This document shows, piece by piece, positions 55,201 through 64,000 of a stretch of 64,000 nucleotides of DNA. This DNA comes from Spongospora subterranea f. sp. subterranea (Eukaryota): the NCBI GenBank assembly GCA_049724395.1, contig JAUGWO010000023.1:372001-436000 (forward strand). Direction: 5' to 3'. Positions within the stretch are counted from its first letter, which is position 1. Each line of letters starts with the position of its first letter. The notes beneath the pieces were generated by a model. The model was given only the letters and a program-made list of their open reading frames with translations, did not search any database and was not told where the DNA came from. A program made the position numbers and the translations under genes.

Positions 55201-56630
55201 AACTGTCAATCGACCTGTCTCTCGGTATTAATCAGTTTATTGTTTCTGTCGTCAAAACGTTACAGCAGCTTTTAAACGTTGAGGAAAGTTTCTCTTTCTA
55301 GTTGAGTGCATGCTTTTTTTGATATTTCAGTCTTTTATTTGATGTTGTTCAATGATAGCGTCTCTCTACCTCGTTTTATACCAGGTTGTTCTTTCCAGAC
55401 ACATCGTTTGTTCTTTTTACTTGATTAAGTTTGATTCTTAGGTCTTATCGATTCGCCCCCTCGTTTTTGAAAAGTCTGCTACAGAAGAGCGTGCGATTGT
55501 GTCGCCCATGGGGAGCTGTGCGAGCGTCGCTACAGCTCATCCGTCGCGCAGGTCTTACCGAATTCCTTCGCCGTCTCACAATCATCATGGTCGAGGACGC
55601 CGTCGTGCATCCTGCATTGCCCTGGCTTGTCTCGCTTACAATAGCGACCAGTAAAGGATATCGACCACCAAACTCTTGTGTATCGCTTTGCCTGCAACTG
55701 GTAACTGATCCATTCTTGATTTTTGAAGTCTGTGCACCCAATGTTTTCTCAAAATTTGTTTTTTCCTGCTGGTCACTCCGGTTGCTTTCACAAAAATCCA
55801 CTTCTGTTTCTTCAGGTGATTGTGAACTGTTTGCTGTTTACTTGTTTGTTTTTTTATTTTCACGGTGCTGGGTCTGGATTTCATCATTTTCACATTGCAC
55901 TTTTCTACAGGTGTATGAAATTGCTGCTGTCAAAGTTAGGGATGTAGCCGTCTTCGGCGATGGAACTGTTTGCGTTGACTTGCGAACGGATTTGTCTTCG
56001 TTAGGTCTAACAACGACACAATGCGCCATTGTCCAGGCGTTGCTGTTGCGTGCCCAGCTTGGCGGCATGAACTGCGACGTGAAAATGTTACGACAGTCAG
56101 CCCAGATATGGACACAACGTTTCACAACAAGTCGTTTTTCGATTGATGTTACCCAAGATGAACGGTTCGCGTTTTGTGAAGTTATTGCTGACGCCAACTA
56201 CCGTCCTTACTCAATGGCCGATGTTGCCGTTGACGTTATCTTGGTGGAAGGTCTAGATGATGAGGACCTAATTCTCAGCAGCGTTGATCATCATTGTAGC
56301 GATGTGGCCGACGTTCTAATATTGCGACCCTCAGTTCGAGCTGTCCTACCTGAGGCCAGCATTGATATTGCTTTGCGACGTATGAACCAATTTCGTTGCC
56401 TCATTTGATTTCTTCGTTAATCAGTTGTTGTTCCAGTTCTTCATACCGTAATCTGGCGGTGTTCCAGCTCACTATCGAATAAAGGCGACATGTTTGATAG
56501 CAAGACTGGTGTTATCGATAACACTGTCCCTGCTATGCTGGAGAAGATATTCGAGGCTATTCGCAAAGATTTTTACGATTTTGCCATTGAATTTATTAGT
56601 GCTCGTCGGTCAATATCCTCGACTCGATGA
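52260..56630 (+). CDS. Protein with 5 (plus 1 degenerate) UBZ4/Rad18-type zinc fingers and a C-terminal MgsA/WRNIP1 C-terminal-like helical domain, multi-exon
   Basis: Fingers CPIC..INAHIDSGC, CPVC..IDDHLDRVC, CPVC..LNHHLDHAC, CPAC..MDDHLDRRC, CPFC..IDDHLDRKC; C-terminal KSLLQKSVR...RRLTIIMVED, LRAQLGGMNCD, VDHHCS, IWRCSSS. Confidence 0.75.
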
Positions 56631-57082
56631 CGACTTAAAGGCATCAAACTGGTTTTATGTTGTCGATATTTATGATGATTTCTTCATTAAATTATCTGAA
56701 GCGTCTCGTTATTACCAGACCAGTTGCAACATTTTGTAGAAGAGAATCAGAGGGCCTACCCAACGCGAAGGAAGCGATACAATATTGGATGATGCCCTGG
56801 TATTCTGGTTTAGAACCTTAGACCGACTTTGTTGACGATATGGAGGTAAATGGGTACTCTTCATCGGTGTCATTTGGGAAATGTCAATGGCTGCGCAATA
56901 TTATTTCATTATTGCGCAGTGTTTGTTAAGCAGTTCGCAGTTTCTGATGATTGCGCAGTGTGTATTGGTAATGGGGTTCTTCGGCAGTACAGAGATCGGC
57001 GGAGGAACCTTCCAAGGCATAATCTCTTGACCCTAGCCAACCCGATCCCGTATCAGTTTTACCAAATCTAAGCCATCTTCTC

Positions 57083-58428
57083 ATGACCGACGGAAGTCCA
57101 GATCGTGCCTCCGCGGACGATAGCGCTGATCCAAAACCGTCGTCGGTACGTCCGCCCACCGTATATCATTATCGTCCTTCTTCGTTTGAATAATATCGCT
57201 TCAGTATTATTTTTTCAAATCAACACCGGTGGAGGTAGCTCAAAAATTTGCCCCTCAAAGGGTCGAAGTTCATGTTGAGAATTCCGTCGCTGCAGATGGC
57301 ACATCCGTATGGAATAAGGGCAACACTTGGTCGGTTTATTTTACTTTTTACTTTTCTAGCGCTTTGGTAGCACATCCAGTTTTCTCTAATTGTTGTCCTT
57401 GATGGTGTTGCTGTATAAATGATTTTCGGGTAACCATCTCTTGGGATGGATTTTACTGTTTTGTTTGATGTTCCTGTTCGAAACTGGATTTTCCCGTTTT
57501 CAATGTCCTTTCGAGTTAGTCATCGATTGGATCTATGCGATTTGATTTATTGTATTATTGGCAATCAAAGGTGCTGATTCTGTCTGCGTCAATAGGGAAG
57601 AGCGGGATTTATCATCCTGGGCCAGCGAAACTATAAGTTCGTTGCTGATGTCTGTCAAAATTCCCTGCGCAGCCAGCGATAACCTCGCATTTAAATCCGT
57701 TGAGACTACAAAATCGCATGTATGAATTGCTGTCGAAATCGTGGATTTCCGCAACTATTTGCTTTTTTTGTTTCTTTACGCTTACTGTGTATATCAGCGT
57801 ACTTCCATGTGTATTGACAGTTGGATGCTCTTCACCCAAAGAATATGTGTTTAAGTTGGTGTTCAGCTCTTATAACGTTTTTTATCAACCGCCATTTTTA
57901 CCGTTTTCTTTTTACAGATAGTCAATTTTTTCGTTGTCCTATGGTTTTTTTCTCTGATTGCCTGTTGTTTCAAATGTGTTTTTTTGTTTTAATAAGGTTA
58001 GTTGGGGTTTGTTTTTGGTTTTGCTCCTTCGTGTCCACCTTCGCATAATATGAAAATTCGGTTTTCTATTGTATTTGACTATCAAGTAGAACGTCTCAAT
58101 GTTTCGCTCATGCTCTGCCACGACCCTTTTTCTGACATACTTGGGCTTTTAGGCGACCATCGTGTTCGTCCGGGGCAAGAAGCGCCATGGATATGAGATC
58201 GGCGTACTGGCTAAATGGTCTGGTATGGTTGGCGGAAAGGTTGTTGAAGGCAAAGTCGAATTTCCTGACGTTGAAGACGATACCGGCGCTGATGAGGATT
58301 TCACTGCCAATGTTTCGGCCGTCGCTGCCGACACAGAACACGAATGCGCTCGGATGGCCGTACGGAAAGTGCTGCCGGCCTTACAGTCTCAACTTCATCA
58401 ATTCGATACGCTGTTTCGCCAGAAATAA
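57083..58428 (+). CDS. Activator of Hsp90 ATPase N-terminal domain protein (Aha1_N/Hch1-like), 4 exons
   Basis: SVWNKGNTW|EERDLSSWA; ATIVFVRGKKRHGYE; GKVEFPDVEDD; no Aha1 C-terminal START domain before the stop. Confidence 0.85.
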
Positions 58429-59143
58429 TGAAGCAGTCCAATTAACCCAAAAACAAGTAAACAAACAATCATGCGTCATTATCTTTGAATGGGCCAATTC
58501 GGCACTTAAGCGCCCCTTTGAATGAGGTGACCCGTTGAAAACTTTCAACACCCTCGTACTTCTAATCCTGCATGGATACGATGCTCGAGAACATTACTTT
58601 TACTGAAAGAAGACGCCCTTTGTAGTGTGGTGCATTTGTGCTTAGGATTTTGATGGGGTTCAGGTTTTGACCGACCTCGGTAGGAATTGACCACGTGTGT
58701 CTCTTAATGAATTTCTAATAGGTTTATCCGTCTTCAAACTTGCAAACGATCAGTTCTACCCCACACCTTAACTGTGGCTGGGGTAGAAAACACACCTGTT
58801 ATTGTGACAACGGATTTCAGAGGTTTTCTGTCATTGATATAACTGCAATCACTGGTTTTGCTAAAGAAGGTAAGGAGTTCGCAATCCTCAAACCTACATG
58901 GCAACGTCCATTGAACACAACTTTCCTACTTTATATCAAACAGACCGCATTCGCCTGCAACAAAACTTCAAACAGTAGTTATTGAAACAAGCTTATCTCA
59001 AAGCCGTTTGAGCCTCAACTACCTCAAATGAGATAAGTAAGGCCAAACAAACCAAACAACTAACAGATTTCGCCTTCAAGAACAAAGTCATTTGACAGAT
59101 AGTTGCAATTGCTCGTGAAGTTTCTGAGGTCGACAAACAAGTA

Positions 59144-60887
59144 CTCCCTCCGTTCGGAAATAGTTGTTGTTCCAAAATAGCTGGCCGGTTGCACTTTCAC
59201 CCTTTTAAATCAACAGGATTTGAGTAGATTTAAGCACCGTTATTTCACATTTGCAGTTTATTGAGTAGCTGAGCCATCTCATCATCCACGATGATCATCT
59301 TCGCCTTCGCGACCGATTCCACGGAACAAGGAAGTGCAATTGGGAGCTGTCCTGCAATTTGAAACTTCTCTTTCCCTATGTGCTGGATTTTGACTCTGTT
59401 GCCGACATCATCGTTCATGCAGGACTGCAGCACCGTATGTAGTGTCAAAAAATTTGAATTGATTTTGACAGGGTCCAGTTCGTCAAACGACTTTAACACT
59501 GCCGTGATCAACTCATCCAATTCGCAGTTGATTTTTGTTCCTTCAGTGACTGGATCATCGCTTTGAAAAACCCAAGATTTAAAATGTTTATATCCGGACT
59601 ATTTGGGGATTGACAGAACAAATTTATCCTGTATCCACCCTCTTTGGCTGCTGCAACAAAAGGATGATAATGTGGCCGAACTTAGGGTCTTGCACTATCC
59701 TGTTGGACAATTATTGGAATGTCATTGGAAAACTTGGACCTAATTGCGGGCATAACCTTTCTTATTATCATCTCCGCGTAAACCTTCTGGTCAACGGTTA
59801 GCACACCGAAGTGACAGGTGCTCCCTTCACCCTGTTTTTACTGGACCGTTTTGCAGGTTCCGAAGTTACGAGCGGCCACATTCCGATTTTGCCGTCAAAG
59901 ATGCATTCGAAGTTTTCGTCAAAACGTGGTCTCGCTATTGCGGCAAGAAACATTACTTTTTTAATAAACCTTTTGCTCTTACATGCTTGATAAGGCTCTT
60001 CTTCGTCGTTCGCCAGGTAAAATGTGTTATTTACTTGTGTGAGATCAAACCACTGTTCGTCAATGTGCACTGTGTCAAACATCGTTTTGAATTTCGGCGA
60101 CATCGGCATAGAATCCTGGTCTATCATTGATAAACTAAACTTGAGGCGAAGAATCTTGTTGCTTTCCGTAAGTACTGGCTTGATAGAGTTTGCATGGCGA
60201 AGAATGTTGCAATTTTTTAGAATGAGATGTAAAGTTGTAGTGGAAATGCCTGTAGCCGCTAATAGACTTCGCAAGTCCCTCTTGACTTCAAAGGAACCGC
60301 ACTTACAGTTGAAGAGATGTCGGCATACTTGCTTTTACGTCCGCATTGTTTTTTGAAAAAATTAACATCCGCTGAAACCCATCCAGAGAATATTGAAGAT
60401 GTTGCACGCTTCCAAATACGGCTTGCTGTCTTCCAATAAACGCCAAATTCTTGTCAATTTTTGTGAAAGCATCTTTATTTGGTCTTCCGTTGTCGTCCAG
60501 CATCGTCAGGAGCCGTTCATCAAGCTCTTTCGACATGACCATTTCGCGTCAATGACTGCTGCTCTTGGCTTTGTAAAGATTGCCGATTCGATTGTCTGGA
60601 ATGTGCACGAAACACATGACTTAATGAGGACCCTGTCGTGCACCAAAGGGATCGTGTACACAGATCAATGACGGGTCGTATTCGTAGGGCGTCGTTCATT
60701 TCTATTGAACGTGGGTTATGAACGAATTATCAGAAAACCTAGACATGGCGACGAGACATCTCAGAGACCATTCACGAAGTACGCTAATTTCTTGACCGTA
60801 ATTGACAAGTTTATTCTTTTAAATTAAAAAATGAGCTTGATTTGGTAAAAACAAGCGTATCGGCCAAATATTTCCGAACGGAGGTGG
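59144..60887 (-). mobile_element. Tc1/mariner DD39D (plant/oomycete mariner-like) element, 1744 bp, non-functional
   Basis: Left TIR CTCCCTCCGTTCGGAAATAGTTG; right TIR reverse complement CCACCTCCGTTCGGAAATATTTG; TA on both flanks (59142-59143, 60888-60889). Confidence 0.93.
59245..60542 (-). pseudogene. DD39D mariner transposase, frameshifted
   Basis: VHIDEQWF; KSKRFIKKVMFLAAIARPR; FDGKIGMWP; AKRSSKNR; IIVQQDSARP; PNSPDINILNLGFF (third catalytic D replaced by N); GNRVKIQHIGK; split over several frames. Confidence 0.92.
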
Positions 60888-61742
60888 TAGTTACTGATTC
60901 AAACATCTTCTATGATGAGATAATGAGCACGAGCCCATCACTTCACGATTATCAAACTGAAATCATTTCTGAGTGATGTCGGGAATTAGTCGACATCATC
61001 AAGTATGTACTCTTTGTTGATCAGTACTGCCCTTTAGGTCATGGAAGCGTGTCGAGCGATTGCTGGCGTTCCAAGACACCACTGATTGCATACAAAACTT
61101 GGAATGGTTAGCATTATATAGTCATGTCTGGACGAATATGTCTTTTCAATTTATTTGAGACATTGACCCATGCATGGCCGCGTTCCCACTATTATTCAGC
61201 ATAAAAGTCGAATAAAGAGCCCGATTTCGGATTAATTCATAATTCAATATAACATCAAGCATATCATTGTTCGATATGTTGTCCAAAGTTATTACCGACC
61301 TCAACATCACATTTTCCATCACGAACATTTTGAAGGCCCTGAAATCGTATAGTGGGCAGAATGTGAATGTCGTTGGACGTTCAATGGAAGAGTGTGTCGA
61401 CACATATTGCGTCAGAATATCGGGATATGGGTTGTCGACGAGCTTGGGACATTGTGAGCAGACGCCAACTGGCATCAGAAGTCAATGAAAATAAAAAACC
61501 TGGCACCATGATTTTGGTGTACATTCGGTTGAGATTTTATAAATGAAATCGGCTGGCTAACTAGGCCAATTGGTGGTGATCCTAGTCCAAGGCGGTGAAT
61601 GAGGCACCACAAGGATTGAGTCCATATTTTCTATGGAAGATACTTTTGGCAATGGATTATATCGGGTATGTTCATGATGCAATCGTGAATGGCGTCATCA
61701 TTCAGCGATTGATCTGAAAAACAGCACCTGATTTCGATCACG

Positions 61743-62420
61743 TCAAAGTCTCGAAGAGAGAATCAGAACCGAATTTAAACCCAATTTCGAACAGGCGGCC
61801 TTAATACAGTTTTGGACTGAGCCGAAAACAGCACCTGGCGCCTTCTCCGCCAAAAAGGTTTGGCACTGCATTATGGGCACGTCCTGAGCCCATCTCTTTG
61901 GCTTCGGCAACGTGGATTCCGACAAGGAGCGCAGCGATTTTTCGAATTCCATTAGTTGGACAAGGAAAGCGCGATTTGGACAGATAAATGGTCGAGATTC
62001 CTTGATGGAGCTGATAATTTCCAGAAGTGATCTCGACGTTGTTTGCAGCAGATAGGCGATACAGATGGTGGGGGAGCGGGACGCCCCAGCGACACAGTGG
62101 ACGAGTACAGCCTGGCCGTCCTGGCGAGCTCGCTCAATCACGGCACAGGTCTCAATAAAATATGAACTAATATCCTGATCGACCCTGTCTTTTAATACCA
62201 GATTCTTGTATTGGAACAGGTCAGGAAAATGGTTCCGACATTCCTCGGCACAATTGATAATTATCTGAAAAAATAACTGAGATTGAACTGCCGAATGATC
62301 ACGTCAATTCGCGAATATATTTACGCTGACTGAAAACTGTCGCAGCGCCTGAACCTGTTTCGAATCGTACTGATTGCCTAAATACAAGAGGCCGGGAATG
62401 ATGGTTGTCGCCTTCCACAT
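61743..62420 (-). CDS. Dual-specificity protein phosphatase (DUSP), 2 exons
   Basis: MWKATTIIPGLLYLGNQ; IINCAEEC; general-acid D in LKDRVDQDI; P-loop VLVHCVAGASRSPTICIAYL; RPFICPNRAF. Confidence 0.93.
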
Positions 62421-62486
62421 GGCAGCGCTGGAGGGCGAAATTGTGTGGCCGGCCAGTTGGCGCAGCCTGCTCTGCTGCTGCAAATC

Positions 62487-63800
62487 CTATTGGTTTATGG
62501 GTGATTGTGTGGGGCCTATTGGACTCGTCTCTATTGGTTTATGGGCGATGGTGATTGTGTGGGGCCTATTGGACTCGTCTCTATTGGTTTATGGGCGATG
62601 GTGATTGTGTGGGGCCTATTGGACTCGTCTCTATTGGTTTATGGGCGATGGTGATTGTGTGCCTATTGGACTCGTCTCTATTGGTTTATGGGCGATGGTG
62701 ATTGTGTGGGGCCTTTGGACTCGTCTCTATTGGTTTATGGGCTATGGTGATTGTGTGGGGCCTATTGGACTCGTCTCTATTGGTTTATGGGCGATGGTGA
62801 TTGTGTGGGGCCTATTGGACTCGTCTCTATTGGTTTATGGGCGATGGTGATTGTGTGGGGCCTATTGGACTCGTCTCTATTGGTTTATGGGCGATGGTGA
62901 TTGTGTGGGGTGTGGGGCCTATTGGACTCGTCTCTATTGGTTTATGGGCTATGGTGATTGTGTGGGGCCTATTGGACTCGTCTCTATTGGTTTATGGGCG
63001 ATGGTGATTGTGTGGGGCCTATTGGACTCGTCTCTATTGGTTTATGGGCGATGGTGATTGTGTGGGGCCTATTGGACTCGTCTCTATTGGTTTATGGGCG
63101 ATGGTGATTGTGTGGGGCCTATTGGACTCGTCTCTATTGGTTTATGGGCGATGGTGATTGTGTGGGGCCTATTGGACTCGTCTCTATTGGTTTATGGGCG
63201 ATGGTGATTGTGTGGGGCCTATTGGACTCGTCTCTATTGGTTTATGGGCTATGGTGATGGTGATTGTGTGGGGCCTATTGGACTCGTCTCTATTGGTTTA
63301 TGGGCGATGGTGATTGTGTGGGGCCTATTGGACTCGTCTCTATTGGTTTATGGGCGATGGTGATTGTGTGGGGCCTATTGGACTCGTCTCTATTGGTTTA
63401 TGGGCGATGGTGATTGTGTGGGGCCTATTGGACTCGTCTCTATTGGTTTATGGGCGATGGTGATTGTGTGGGGCCTATTGGACTCGTCTCTATTGGTTTA
63501 TGGGCGATGGTGATTGTGTGGGGCCTATTGGACTCGTCTCTATTGGTTTATGGGCGATGGTGATTGTGTGGGGCCTATTGGACTCGTCTCTATTGGTTTA
63601 TGGGCGATGGTGATTGTGTGGGGCCTATTGGACTCGTCTCTATTGGTTTATGGGCGATGGTGATTGTGTGGGGCCTATTGGACTCGTCTCTATTGGTTTA
63701 TATTGATTGTTTATGGGCGTTTATGGTGATATGGTGATTGTGTGGGGCTATTGGACTGTCTCTATGGTTTATGGGCGATGGTGATTGTGTGGGCTATGAT
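62487..63800. repeat. Minisatellite, about 24 copies of a 50-bp G/T-rich unit, decaying after about 63700
   Basis: Unit CTATTGGTTTATGGGCGATGGTGATTGTGTGGGGCCTATTGGACTCGTCT repeated head-to-tail. Confidence 0.98.
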
Positions 63801-64000
63801 GGTTTATGGGCGATGGTGATGGGCGATGGGCAATGATGGTGGGCTATAGGTGGTGATAACTGAATTGACGTGTTCCATAACTACTGATCGGTCGTGGGCC
63901 ATGGTGATTGTGTGACGTGTTATTGATCAGTTGGGCAATTGATAATTACTGTCTCTAGATTATGGGTCGTGGGCATGTCCTAAAAACCCTCTACAGATGG

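Noticed and set aside
61146..61488. 109-aa minus-strand ORF beside the mariner
   Set aside because: No ATG start or recognisable domain; insufficient evidence
62374..63057. Short + strand ORFs (MCGAYWTRLYWF..., GPIGLVSIGLW...)
   Set aside because: Translations of the 50-bp satellite; the unit is not a multiple of 3 and contains stops
63979..63990. Telomere-like CCTAAAAACCCT
   Set aside because: Single imperfect occurrence, not an array

Overview
Gene-dense eukaryotic DNA with moderate GC and many short (about 45-70 nt) GT-AG introns. The compact introns plus chitin deacetylases, a fungal-type Zn2Cys6 factor and an oomycete/plant-type mariner suggest a protist such as a plasmodiophorid plant parasite; this is an inference, not verified. 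From left to right: two near-tandem CDC48/p97 genes, TRM8/METTL1, a secretome-rich block (PAN/Apple Thr-rich surface protein, Asp/Asn-rich repeat protein, two NodB/CE4 polysaccharide deacetylases, GH3 glycosidase), a PHOSPHO-type HAD phosphatase, a degenerate DH-PH-like gene, an intron-containing bacterial-type ferritin, a long TONSOKU/TONSL-like TPR-UBL-LRR gene, a small Zn2Cys6 protein, a long coiled-coil protein, ATG10, OXA1, a gene with 5-6 UBZ4 fingers fused to an ATPase-less MgsA/WRNIP1 C-terminal-like domain, an Aha1_N protein, a complete but dead DD39D mariner (Stowaway-type TIRs, TA TSD) and a dual-specificity phosphatase. There are three minisatellite arrays (95, 26 and 50 bp units) and two old tail-to-tail inverted duplications, each next to an array. 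Several otherwise intact genes carry single-base indels in homopolymers, most likely long-read assembly errors. Exon boundaries were read by eye, so multi-exon gene ends are approximate.
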